Of a DNA stretch of 64,000 nt, positions 38,926 through 52,557 are shown piece after piece; the first letter of the stretch is position 1; every line of letters begins with the position of its first letter. The position numbers and the translations under genes are program-made. This DNA comes from the human T2T-CHM13v2.0 reference genome, Homo sapiens, in assembly GCF_009914755.1 (NCBI RefSeq), contig NC_060928.1; one strand, written 5' to 3'. The notes under the pieces were generated by a model, which saw nothing but the letters and a program-made list of their open reading frames with translations, did no database searches and was not told the DNA's origin.

Positions 38926-39275
38926 TAAATGTCTACTAGTTTGTGAAGCATTGTAGAAGTGCTTACTAGAGGTACAAAAATTAGTAATTCTTGCATGGTA
39001 CTACTTGCCATCAAAAAGTCAACAGAACATCTGCAAATGAGACAAATTATGTCCAGTGAATTCTGCCTTGTCATTCAGATCTATATCAACAATAAAAGAA
39101 AAACAACTTATGAAAATTCAAAGAATAATTATTTGGGGAGGAGTCAGGGAGAAATCAGTAAGCCCGCAAGAGAAGGACACTACATTTCAGATGTGTCTTG
39201 ATGGATATACAGATTTTCACCAGGCAATGTGAGGGCAGGAAGTTAATTCTAAGCAGTGGGTAAAACAGGAGATAT

Positions 39276-39429
39276 AGCTGGTTATGGTCCCAGCTACTCA
39301 GGAGGCTGAGGCAGGAGGATTGCTTGAGGCCAGGAGTTCGAGGCTGCAGTGACCCATAATGGCACCACTGCACTCCAGCCTGGGCAACAGAGTGAGACTC
39401 TGATTCAAAAGAAAAGAAAGAAAGAAAAA
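39276..39429 (+). mobile_element. Truncated AluJ right arm/FRAM inserted in an L2
   Basis: 'ggaggattgcttgaggccaggagttcgaggctgcagtg'; (GAAA)-rich tail; TSD aggagatat at 39267-39275 and 39430-39438. Confidence 0.88.
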
Positions 39430-40127
39430 AGGAGATATGTTTGGAGACCAGGGAACAGTTCAGTTTAGCCAGATCAAGGTGTAGACCCAGCTGCGTCATG
39501 ATTTTCGTAGGAGCCTTGAAAATCAAGCTAAGGAATTTGTATTTTTGATTCTATAAGTAATGGAGGGGGGCATTAAAAGATTTTGTGCAGGAGAATCTAT
39601 GACTCAAGTTAGGTTTCAGTAAATTTAGTTGGTTTTGAGTGGGGAGAAGCAGTTAGTGCAAATAGGATGTAACCCTCATGGCCTAGAAAGGATGCTGAGA
39701 ACATAATCTTGGTGGTAGAAATGGAAATTGAAGGAAGAGACAGATATAAAATACAGAAAGAACCAACAAGTCTTGGTGACTTATTCATCATGATGAGAAT
39801 ACCATAGAGAAGGAGACTCTTGCTTTTTTTTTTTTTAACAACATGCCTCAAAAAATGTTGCCACGATAATTGTTTTCAGAAGATAGAGCATGTCTTTTTA
39901 GACATACTGACTTTAAGGTGCTGGTAAAACTTTCTTATGAGTCTGACGAGCAGAAGAGGAATGGAGCAGACTGTACACTCAAGAGATAACTCCCCATCAA
40001 AATAAGAATCAAAGCCACACTTTGATTAGGAAGAGAGTATAGAGGGAGAAGATAATTAAAAGACAACCATGTGAAAGGCTGCACAAAATGGGCAAAAAGA
40101 GGAAATAAGTGTCATAAAAGGAGATCT

Positions 40128-40497
<370 letters not shown>

Positions 40498-43400
40498 TCA
40501 TTCAATATCTGTTGTTGAGCAAATATTACAAGTCAGACTTCATGCTCAATACTGGGGATAAAGTGGTGGACAGGACAGAATACTTCTGCTCTCACAGAGC
40601 TCACAGTCTTCCAACACATGTTGGTAAACAGCATGAAACATCCCAGTGAGTTCAGGACGACACGAATTGAGAAAAGTCCCTCAGGACCTTTAACCAAATG
40701 AATACTTTTGGAAAGCAAATGGGTGCTTCAATGCCCAAGGGTAAATTAATTTATAATAATGGGTGCAGTTATATAATTTTGAAAGATTTTTCAGACTTGC
40801 AAAGGATCCTTGAACAAACAAAATACTCATCTCCCCACAACCCCCTCCCTGCCTCACACGTTAATCTACTTGAAATAGTCGCTAAGAAGAGAGGCTATTA
40901 AGTAAAAAAACACATTCTGTTATGTATTATTGAAAAGCAATATTATTCACATGTTCTGGAAAAAGTGAGAACACGAAAAATAAATAAAAGGACAAAAAAT
41001 AGTAAGAAGGGCTTAATAATTTAAGCCCAGAAATATATCTTCAAAACAATCAACCACTACCTGGCCTACAATTCTCCAGAAATCTTGCACACAGATTTTA
41101 TATTGCATGGCTCATTAATTTCCAAACCATCCACAGCTTTATTTTATGAGAGGGCATAAGCTTCAGGCCTGGGGAGAGAGGGTGGCTGAATTTCAACACT
41201 TTGTCCTATCATTTGTTTAGTACACCTCTTACATTTATATGACATAAAGAAAATAAAATAATGATTGTATGATGAAAAGCTTTTCATGGATTCAGAATAA
41301 ATGGATTTTTCAATATTACCCTTGTGGAATTACTAATTTGAGTTTGCCTTATTTTTAAAACACATGAAACTTAAGCCAAAGCCACGATACATCCATCAAA
41401 TGGCAATTCAAAATTGAAGACATTTTTTTACTCTACTATTGAAACATACATTTTCCTCATTTTTAGTTGTAGATTACATCACATAACATCTGCCATCCCT
41501 AAGTTAGATGGCACAAATTAAGGACACCAATGAATAATTTTGTAGTTTTTTTTTTCCTCTGACCTTGTTTCTGATTCTCTTTCAAACATAGTTGAATTAT
41601 CATCTCCCTCAGTCTCTCCACTGTTAGCAGGATTACGTTCTGATTTTATAGCAGGAGTGCAAAATATGGGATTAGACAATGAAATGAAAAATGTATTTTG
41701 GTCAGGCTTTGGGTTTAACATGGAAGCTGGCAGGGCAAAAGTGAGCACTCTAATTTGTAAGAAACCTTCTCTACTTGTATGTACTTATGCACAACTCACC
41801 CATTTTCTGTCCTCTCTGGCATTAACAATGTCAATTACAGTGATTTACAGGTGGTGTTCATCAGTTAGCATACTAGATGCGTTTACTTGTTGAGAAGAGA
41901 GTACGGAACGAACTTTTTAAACTAAATTATTATAAAGTTTCAGAATTGCAACTCGACTCTGTTCTGTCATTTCCAACATTTCCTCTCTACTTTCCATTCA
42001 TGTAGTTTCATCCTTTGCCTTTCAGCAAACCATTTTTCACAGTGTTCTATCTCTAAGTCAGGTCATAAAATACATACACGTACGCACACAGACTCACACT
42101 TCTCTAATTCTTGATTTCTCTATCATCCACCTACATTTCTCTCAGTTAGATCTTCCAGTTAAATTTTGCTTAGATTCCAGCTAAATCATCTTATAAACCT
42201 CCATTCCAGAGATATATATTCAAGGAAAAACTGTATCATAGTACAAGATAGTTTGGGAGTTATATAAATAGCCTACTTATTGGAAAGAGAACAAGAGATC
42301 GGGACTATTATTTTAAAACAAAAATGGAAGACAGAGTTTAAGCCTTTAAAAATCATCCCTTCTCATCCCAGGATTAGTAAAGACCATCCTATATCTGATC
42401 ACAAGTAAGCAAAGTACTTATGCATATGTTTGGTGAAAATAGTATTACATATTTGGGGATCATTCTCTAATATTAGCTTTGAAGCAATATCAACAAGAAT
42501 AAAAAAGATAATCCAAACTATTTTTTTCTTTATTCTTCTCATCATATGACAACTAACTAAAAATTTGTGAATACAATTCAAGAAACAGGTGTCAAATCAA
42601 TTCTCAGCCAGAAAACTCATCACTTTGGTCTCACCTTAGCCAAGGTATAAAACAACATATTTCTGTTCTCTAAATAAACAGTGAACACATGCTGATTCTG
42701 GAGATAGCAGTAAAAGGTTTGCTTTTTTAAATGTATAGTACTCCCCAGGTGTGACTTCATCTTCATTTCCCATTTATAGTGATTATGGCCACCCATGACC
42801 CTGTGCATAGTCTAGACATGCTGATTCAATCCCCATCCGGTTGATGGAAGAACAGGTACAGTCAAAGAGCAGTGGTCACTGAGGAGCCAAGCAATGCAAG
42901 CCATCCAGATCCTGAGACGACATTCCTGCCATCTGCTCCAGCCTTGAGTTCCCTGGGCTGCCGTGTGTGAATGTGTCTCTAATAGGACAGCGCTAGCCCT
43001 CTACCCTGTTTATTCTAAAGAACTGCAAAGACAGAGACCCTACGAACTCAACTCAACACCCCAAAACTACTCAGCCCTCTACATTAAACACGCCACTCAG
43101 GAAACATTTGATCTCTTAAAGATTGTAAGCATTTCTCACAAGAGATAATCTACTTATGCTTGGCTCGTAATGAGTGGGCATCTCCAGGCATAAGTGAAAA
43201 CAGAACTAAACACAGTTACAAGTCAAATGTGGGGCTTTACAGGTGATGTTCATATTATTTTTTCCAGTCCAAAAGGATTAAGACTGTTCTCTTTAAAATT
43301 TCATATTCAAGTGAGACTAGTGTCCTCCCGGTTACGATGACCTTAACTATTGGAGTGAGGAAAAGAAAGGGAGGGTGTCCATTTCCATTTCTCATGGCCA

Positions 43401-44429
43401 TAAATTCGAATGATTGACTCAAGTTGTTGAGGTGACTCCATTTCCCTGAGTACTAAAGAAGGCAGCAAGTGGAAACACCTCTTTGCTTGCAAGTTTACAG
43501 CCCTCGAGTCCAAGTTTTTCACCCTCTAAACCCAAACTATGCTATAGCCATATGTGACCCCTTAGCTTATGTAATCAGGGAGAGGTCCAGCCCTTTATCA
43601 CTCTCATGTGCCCCAAAATCACTTCCATTCTCTTTCCGGCTCCTGTAAAATACTCTGTACACATCAAAACCACCTAATAACAAATCGATGCAACCCAAGA
43701 CGCTTTGTGGAAGGGCATCGTCTCCTATTTCTCTATGGATCCCACCAAACAGCAAAACATTTCTCCCTGCTTTCGCAGAACGCACGTTTCTCTGAAAGCC
43801 AAGCTCCTAACACAGTGCCCGATACCTTAACAAGGCTGTACTGTATATAAATTATTTGCAAGTGTCACTGAGGACCATTTTCTCTGAACACACTAAACTG
43901 AAGCTAGCCATAAAACAAGCCATACGCTCCTGCTTTAGAATCTGACATGGGCAAGATGCCGCCAGTATATTACCAGGGGACAAAAATACAGTTGTAATGA
44001 AGAAACGTGTGGGGGCATGAAGGAAAAGTGGAAGGCGAGGATCAATACTATTTCAGCTCATTAATCCCCAGGTGTTAGGGGAAGGAAGCGTGCGGTCTGG
44101 AGTCATCTGGCAGATGCATAAACAACCTCGGAAATTTTCAGAGAAGGCAAAAGTACGCACAGGATCGCAGGGGACCCTGCCACCGGCGAGTTTCAAACAC
44201 ACTTCAAACATCTTTTCTTCCCCGACCTGGATCTTGCATGCACCCCCCTCTCCTTTGCACCCCATTCCTGCCGCTCCCACCTCCCCTTCCCAGTCCCGCC
44301 AGGTGACTGTGTCTCATGCAGCGAAGGCAACAAGCGTCCCCAGCCGAGGAAGGGAAGGGGCAGCCGTCTTGGCTCGCGAGGGAAGGAGGGCGGAAGCGGG
44401 CGCCCGCTCGCAAGCTTATTGCATCCTAC

Positions 44430-44490
44430 CGCCTGTAGAGCTGGCCTCCTCCAGCTGAGCCGAAATGCTTTCCACCCTCCTCACATTCAT
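44430..44490 (-). CDS. KCNIP4: Kv channel-interacting protein 4 (KChIP4), first coding exon (61 nt, phase-1 end)
   Basis: ATG at 44490-44488 encodes MNVRRVESISAQLEEASSTG plus one G, recognised as the KChIP4 N-terminus; followed by donor GCG|GTAGGA; lies in a CpG island. Confidence 0.96.
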
Positions 44491-44630
44491 GTCTGGGGAC
44501 GCAGGGTGCAGAAGCGAGACTCGAGAGTCCACCGGCCAGGGGCGTCTGTCCACGGGTCTGCACGGGAGCGCACCGCCGCTCGGCCCGGGGGCGTCCGTGG
44601 CGCTGGGAGCGAGAGCTTCGGCGGCGGCTG
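44491..44630 (-). other. KCNIP4: KCNIP4 exon 1 5' UTR (5' limit approximate)
   Basis: GC-rich leader with no upstream AUG. The TSS cannot be fixed from sequence alone. Confidence 0.55.
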
Positions 44631-46239
44631 CGGGCAGGGCGCGCGGAGCGGGCTGCAGGTGCGGGCGGAGGCCGGCGGGGGGCGCCGGGGGCGCTGCGCG
44701 GCCCTTGGCGGCGGGGGCGCGCGGGGTGGCGGGGGAGGCCGAGGCGCCGGCAGCTTCGCGCCGGCGGCTGGAAGCGGGCGGGCTGCACGGGCGGCTCGAG
44801 TGCGGGGACCCCAGCCCCTCGCCCTCGTGAGCGCCGCCCCTGCCACCTGCTGCCAAGTCACCGGACTGGGGATGCGGGGGGCGGGGTGCGGGGAGAGGAA
44901 AGCGCCGCGGGTGGCACGGTGCCTCTGGCGACAGAGTAGATGGACCCGAAAGAGACCCGAGGTGACTTCGGGCTGGGCAGGACACCCCCGGGAGTTGCCA
45001 GCGGCTCTCAGCGGGCGCCTCTAGGACCCCTTGTCACTGCGAGCAGCGCCTGCTCTGGGGAGGGGCTCGAAGGCGCCGCGCCTTCTCAACGCGCCGCTGC
45101 GTCCCCCAGGGGCTCCAACTTGGACAGCTAGACTGGAAATACTGCTGCACAAAGTTAGGCTGAGTTCGAAGGACACCAGAGAGGAAGCGCAAGGAGATGC
45201 CCTTCTCCGGAGCCGGGCAGAGCGCCAGAACTCCTAGACAGGAAACTTTCCCCCATTGAAGCTAGAACCGGTCATGCGACTCGGCTAAGTGTGGGGAAAC
45301 ACTGGCTCTAGACTCCAGGTGAACATCGCAGGGCCGAGGTGCAGAATACCACCTTGGAGAGAGGGGGTGGCATAGACTGGTGGCATTTTGGAGAAGCATC
45401 CATGTGGGGGGTTTCATTTGAGATCTCCCAGGCAGGTCAACCAGGAGGTATCGCTCACCACCCGCAAGGTCATTTGCCCTTCTAAAGCACAGTAAGGCCG
45501 GGAATAGTTGGGAAGGTAAAGAGAAACCAATAGACCACTTGTGGCCATGGTTACTGTTTGAGAAGTCAAAATTAAAATGCAGATTTCTGTGTCCCCAAGA
45601 GTCAAGTGCATGAAGCCTCTCTTTTCAGAAGAAAGGTCAAGTTGACCCGTTCTCCAGGCAAACTGAATTAAAATTCCCTCTCACTCTCAGCTGCAAGGTC
45701 AGTTGGCCATGACTTGGGTGGAAGCCATTTCTAAGTGTTTGTGAAACTATTTGCCTTCCCTATGGCTGCTGGATTATTTATACACACTGTCACCAAGTGA
45801 AATCTTCCCCCTTTCTCCAAGTAGGTCTCAATTGACACCTTATTGCCCTTCTCCCCACCCCCAAACGCACGAGCGATTTACTTAGTCCTTTGAGCCCTTG
45901 TAGCATGTATTTGTATATTTCTTGAGAGCCTTTTACTCTTTTAGTTCATTGTTAAGGAAACAGATGCTGACACCCCATTGTCTGGGTTCAAATCCTAGTT
46001 CCACTACTTCATAATCCTGTGGCCTGGTACAAATATCAGCTATAACTGGTACCTACATTATTGTTTTGTTGTGAGGATTTAAGAAAATCAATAGATGCAA
46101 AGGGCTTAGAGCCGTGACTGGCATGTAGCAATCACTGTATAAAGACAGGCAACCCTGATTCTTGAAGTTGAGAACAATGTTATATTGACAAAGCAATTAG
46201 AAAAGTTCCTTGCACATAGTTGGTCTTCACTAAACATTT

Positions 46240-46670
46240 GTTTTTTCATTATTCAGCAAACATCTAGTAACTACTGTGTACAAGACACAATTATAGGCAC
46301 TGGGATACCACAGTGAATACAACAAAGACCCTCAGTTATTGGCTGACTATCTAGAAGGCAGAGAGACTGACAATAAATCAAGGAATCAGAAGTGATCTGC
46401 TAGGGAGATCACTTTTATATAGGGGGTCCATAAGGGCTTTATGAAAGAGGCAACATTTAATTGGAATCCTGATGAAAGCGAGGAGCTAGCCATGGGCATC
46501 TCAAGGGAAAAAGAACTTCCAAGCAGAGAGAAGAGCAAGAGCTAACATAAGAATAGCATGTTTGCAGGGCAGCCAGGAGGTTGACAGGGCTGAAGTACAT
46601 TGAGAGAAGGAAAGGGTAACAGGAGAGAGAGTCAGAGAGGATGGGATCATGTGCAGTGTAAATGTTTATT
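46240..46670 (-). mobile_element. L2 3' fragment
   Basis: 'attcagcaaacatctagtaactactgtgtacaagacac...ggcactgggatac'. Confidence 0.65.
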
Positions 46671-47066
46671 GAATTTTGTCTGCATACTTTTACAGCCAAT
46701 GCATTCTTCCCACTTGCCAGCTTCCTCATAACAAGTCTTCTCGCTGCCCATTCTATCAGATTCAATCATTCGATTCTGTCACGTGCCACCTTCTCCCTCT
46801 TCTGCAGACTTCTCCTAGCAAACTTCCAACTTACTGACCAACTACTTCTTTCTCTTTTTCTGTAGCTAACACTCTTTCCAGAAACCACCCACAACTTTGA
46901 ATCACTAATACTTGTCCAACTCCAAATTTTGTCTTCTATATGATGACTTCTAAAGCTACCTGAGCATGCTGGTTTGGATTCTGCAGCCTGGGTTGGAATT
47001 CCAGTTCCAACTGTGAACAAGCTGTATGTTTGAGGACTAATAACCTCCCTCAGTTTTCTCACTCTA

Positions 47067-47408
<342 letters not shown>

Positions 47409-47784
47409 CTATTGGGAAAGATTATATGAGGCAGCATATGTAAAGTGTTTAGGATGGCCCCTGGCACATAGAGTCAGTAAGAGCTGCCATCGTAATAGTT
47501 ATCACCATTATCATCATCATATTTTGTCATGGTGAACTCAAAGAAGAAATGGCACCACTATATTCTACAACAGGTCTAAGCAACCTTCCCTCACAGTGTG
47601 GGAAGTAATACACAACCCCTTTCTCATCTCCAAAATATGCAGAACATTTTGTTGGACCAAACTATCTTTCAAATCTTATCCAAAGAATATCTGCCCATGG
47701 TGGCCCTACTAAACGTTTACCCCTTAACTAATTATAAAGAAGGCAACAAAATCGTGTAAAGTAGACACTGTGCTGAAGAAGTTT

Positions 47785-47860
47785 GTAATATATTAACATA
47801 TAAATATTGTATTATATAATATAATCAATATATAATATTAATATATTAATATATTTCCAA
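47785..47860. repeat. AT-rich low-complexity tract
   Basis: Degenerate (ATATTA)n. Confidence 0.8.
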
Positions 47861-49209
47861 AATATTTGTATGGGAGTTTAGCTACTACAAATCCCAAGTC
47901 CAGACCTTTTTACTCAGATTCTTAGTCATTGCCAAACATCACAGAATAATTATCTTTTTACTGCCACATTTACCGCCATTTTTGATATTTGGGACCGAAA
48001 GTCCAGGATTTCTCTGTCTTGCTTGTACCATCTCCTTATTGGCTCTTTAAGTACTTCAAATAGTTAAAGAGAAGAGCTTCATAGGCCACAGCATGCTGTG
48101 CCAGCTTCTTATTACTCCTCCGAGGCTGTAGCAACCCTAGCCCGTCTTCCCAACCTCAAGACACATGCACAAAGATTGCCACCTTCTCTGACTAACCCTA
48201 GATTACTTTCTGTATAGCACGGATGTGTATTTTTCCCTCAAGGATCCATATTCAAAATTGAGTGCAGAAATAGGAAACTCACCATGTGCCAGCCATGAAT
48301 CTCAGACTTTATGAACATTATTTCATTTAATCTTTACAAAGCACTGGGAGATAAGCACTGTTATTATCTCTACTTAACTAGTGAAGAAATTAAGCCTCAG
48401 AGAAGGGAACTGGTTTGCCAGTTTTATAATAGTAATCAGTATATCTGGGCTTTGAACCCAACCGTCTGACTCAAGAGCCCCCATATTTAATTACTACAGT
48501 GTACTGTCACCCTGCACTAGAATTTCGATGCTCTAGACTCTGACATTTCCTAGTTCTGTGTCCTCCGGAAAGTCACTGATCATGTCTAAGCTTCAGTTCC
48601 TCTTCTGTAAAAAGGGGAATTTCTGCTTCACAAGGTCATTGTCAGGATCAAGTCAGGGAATGAAAGTGAAAGCTATATATAAACCATGGAATGTTGTAGA
48701 AGCATCCAGGATTACTTTTATTATTTCCTGATTTTTTATTGCTTATTACCTTTACTGCTTTGTCTTTTCTGAAAGCCCCTTACATTTTGGCACAATTCTC
48801 CCTGGCTCACCAGAACTCAGGCAGTAACAGTAAAACTTCTATTATTTCATAATTGCTGAGCACTTACACTATGCACCTATGCACTGTGTTAAAAACTCTA
48901 TGTCATTGTATGAATTAATTCTAAGAAAAATCATCATATATACTTATTCTTACCCTGATTTTAAAATGAGACTGAGACTCAGAGAGGTTAAGTAGCCCAA
49001 GGACAGCCAGCTGTGAAGAGGTGCAGCTGCGATTTGAACTCACGTTCATCTGATTAAAACACTAGAGCTTTCAATTGCTTCTTGATTGTTCTTAAACTTT
49101 AACATGCATAAGAATCATCTAAACAGATTAAAAACTCCTCTGCTCCAGCCTGTGGATGGATTCACTGAGTTTGGTGGGGAGATCTTAGAATGTAATTTAT
49201 TTTGTAATT

Positions 49210-49580
49210 AATAGACTTTTAGAGCACTTTTTGGTTTTTTTTAAACAAATTTATTAAAGTATAAATGACATACAATAAACCGCACATAAAGTGTACAATT
49301 TAATAAGATTTGACATACAGATACATTCAAGTAACTACAGCACAGTTAAGATAATGAACACATCCTCCACTCACTGAAATTTCATTGATCCCTTTTGTAA
49401 TCCTTTCCTTTTGACTTTTTGGTTTTCAAAAGAAAAAATGAGCATACAGAGTTCCCATGTACCCTCTCTCCAGTAACCCCTCCTCGAGTTTTCCCTGTTG
49501 TTAACATCTGGTATTAGTGTGGTACATTTTTACAATTGAGCCAATGATACATTATTTTTAACTAAAGTCCATAGTTTAGA
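49210..49580 (-). mobile_element. L1MC/L1MB 3'-end fragments (nested)
   Basis: 'ttttaaacaaatttattaaagtataaatgacatacaataaac' and 'tacagagttcccat...gtgtggtacatttttacaattgagccaat...aactaaagtccatagttta'. Confidence 0.7.
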
Positions 49581-49625
49581 TAGAAGGCCTAATCTTAGAG
49601 GAAGAGGTGGCCTTAGAGGAAGAGG

Positions 49626-49833
49626 AAAAAAAAAGAAATCACTCAGAAGAAAGGCCATGTGAGGACACAGCAGCCGTCTGCAAGCCAGGAAGAGAGCCCT
49701 CAGTGTAAATAGAACTCTACTGACACCTTGACCTTGGACTTCCAGCCTGCAGAACTGTGGGAAGGTAAACTTCTGTTGTTTAAACCACACAGCCTGTAGT
49801 ATTTTGTTGTGGTAGCCCGAGCGGACTAATACA
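49626..49833 (+). mobile_element. MLT1A/B LTR, 3' part
   Basis: 'ggccatgtgaggacacagc...tgcaagccaggaagagagccctca...ggactaataca'. Confidence 0.82.
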
Positions 49834-49869
49834 TACCCTAAGATCATACTTTGAGATATCACTACTCTA

Positions 49870-50372
49870 CACTAGAGGCAAGAAAGTGTGGTCTGAAATC
49901 CACCAATATCTACATCACCTGTGAGTTTGTCAGGCATTCAGAATCTGGGGCCCTGCCTCAGACCTCCTTAATCACTATCATCATTTTAACAACATCCTCA
50001 GGTGGTTCCAGGTAAGCACATTAAAATGTGAGAAGGCTGGGAGTGGTAGCTCATGCCTGTAATCCCAGCACTTTGGGAGGCTGAGGCAGGAGGGCTGATT
50101 GAGCTCAGGAGTTTGAGACCGGTCTGGTCAACATAGTAAACCCCATCTCTACAAATAATTCAAAAAAATTGGCCAGGCATAGTGGCTCACACCTGTGGGT
50201 AGTGGCACCCAGCTACTCAAGAGGCTGAGAGAGGAGGATCGCCTGAGCCCAGGAGGTCGAGGCTGCAGTGAGCTACGATGGCACCACTGCCCTCCAGCCT
50301 GGGTAACAGAGTGAAAAACCCTGCCTTAAAAAAAAAAAAAAGAAAAAAGAAAAAAAAAAATGAGAAGTCCTG
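49870..50372. mobile_element. MER5A-like hAT element interrupted by an AluJ
   Basis: 'aaagtgtggtc...catcacctgtgagtttgt...cagaatctggggccctgcctcagacc...cattttaacaa...cacattaaaatgtgagaag'. Confidence 0.7.
50035..50360 (+). mobile_element. AluJ
   Basis: 'ggaggatcgcctgagcccaggaggtcgaggctgcagtgagct'; TSD tgagaag. Confidence 0.92.
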
Positions 50373-50474
50373 CTCGACAGCACACTGGGCACAGCTTTGT
50401 GTTTGTTTACTTATATACCTTAGGCTCCCTTGGAGCCATGCAGAGCTCACTGAGCAGAGGAAGAAGCTAGTGTT

Positions 50475-50579
50475 ACAATCAGCTCACTGCACTTTACCCT
50501 AATGAGACAATCCAGCTTCATTTTTATGTCAGCCCTACTCACATGAATAGAATCACTTATTATCTCATTAGGTTTCAAG
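50475..50579. repeat. Dispersed ~105-bp repeat, copy 1 (internal inverted repeat)
   Basis: About 81% identical to 52558-52661 by manual alignment. Confidence 0.88.
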
Positions 50580-51522
50580 CAGCAAATATCCCTAACCTTG
50601 ATCATCGGACTACACTTGCAAATTTATTTCTGATTCTTAATCTCTTGTATTATAATAATCAGGTAAAATAATCTTCTTTGAGATCCTAACATTAAAGGAA
50701 ATATTAATATGCCATAATGAAACAAAAATGAGGTAAACATTTTAGAGCTGCCAAGTTAATTCCAACCTTCCTGTGGGATTTTTATATTCAGTTCCTTAAC
50801 TGATCTTTACAACTCTGAAAAGTTGACAGCTCAAATTTTATAACCCCCGTTTTGCAGAAGAAGAAACTGAAGCCCATGGAGAGTAAGAGACTTATTTTCA
50901 CAAGGCACGTGGGATGCACCCAGGTCACAAACCTTCATCGTCTGACATCTTTCAGCACTTGCTTCTATAAGGTTTGCCAAGTTTATAAAAGCTGGAATAC
51001 TGCCAAATGAAGTGTAAGTCTCTAAGCATCAAAAGTCAGGTTTGCCTTGCAACTTTGTCTTGCAGGATAAGTCCATATTACAGATGTAAAGTTATTATTT
51101 CACTTCATTGCAATGACCCTTGACTTGTGGACTTCAGGAAATCCACTGGCTACATTCTGTACATAGCAGGAGAGGTGATTAGAGGATTCGCTTCAGAATG
51201 GAGATTTAGCTTAACCAGATAGTTCTGCAAAAACTTAAATATCATTAATGAGGTTAATGCTGAAAAGGTTTTACCTAAATTCCATATCTCTAGGTTCTAT
51301 ACTTGAATATGTTATAATTGGTAGATAGGTTCATTAAATTCCAAATCACTTTATGCCTTTTATCCCTGTATTTTCTTTAATTGCTCATTTTCCTGCATGA
51401 AGTCTAAAAATCAGTCCTTGAAAAGTAAGAATTTACTGGTTTGTCTGCTAATAGTTTGAATAAAACTGTTCAAAAGAGATGTTGTTATGACTAAATGAAT
51501 CAATTTCTAGAATATTCTTTTT

Positions 51523-51851
<329 letters not shown>

Positions 51852-52557
51852 TAGCCGAAAACTATTCTAAATGACTATTTTCTTCCAATATCAAATTCAA
51901 AGACATTAAGTCTTTGGAAAAGAAAAAAGAAATAGGAGAAATACGTATTTCTGATGTGTGTGTGGCTCAAAGCACTATATTATATTGTTGATAAGGAAGT
52001 TAATTATCTTGTTATATTTAAGATTTATTCATTATATTGGTACTTTGGGGAATTAATGTTTGTTTTGTTTTAAAATTCATTAGTAAAATTAAAATTCTTT
52101 ATACAAATTAGCGGTATTATAGGAAGACTGAGAACCTATTTCTTGAGAGTAAGGTAAAAAAACGAACAAAAATGCCACAGTCTGGGCCTAGAAAATTCAA
52201 AACTCGGTCTAACAGTCTGTCAGACTTGAATAGTGAAAGTGCCACATATACACATCAAAAGAAATGAAGAACTTGACACTCAAATTCAGGTGTTAGTTAA
52301 CAGCCCACCAACAAATGAAGAAAATAATGGAAAAGAAAGACAGACCCTCTAAGTCACAATGCCATTAGATTTTTTAAAGTCCAGAGTCTTTTAGATAGGT
52401 GATGTGATAAAATGGTATCAAAGAGAGAAAACCCAACTATGTTAGAAGAGTGAATGCTTACAGAACAAGCACATTTGGATTTTGGGAGAGTTAGGGAACG
52501 TGCAATGAAAGATACACCCCTAATCATGGAAGCAGACTCAGTTTTAAGGACACAATC

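Larger units (their letters stand above)
44080..45350. promoter_or_regulatory. KCNIP4: CpG island / KCNIP4 promoter (no TATA box noticed, GC-box rich)
   Basis: Abrupt rise in GC and CpG around the first exon; Sp1 box GGGGCGGGG at 44878-44886; EGR consensus GCGGGGGCG at 44711-44719. Confidence 0.92.

Noticed and set aside
44542-44562. RE1/REST-like motif in the 5' UTR (TGCAGACCCGTGGACAGACGC on minus)
   Set aside because: The GGACAG core is present, but about 6 mismatches to the consensus, including the left half-site, make it too weak without ChIP data.
44072-45237. Multiple long overlapping ORFs (120-201 aa) on both strands in the CpG island
   Set aside because: Low-complexity Ala/Gly/Pro/Arg translations caused by stop-codon depletion in GC-rich DNA; only the KCNIP4 frame is supported.
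47785-47860. AT palindromes as a cruciform or regulatory element
   Set aside because: Generic low-complexity AT tract; palindromes are expected from composition.
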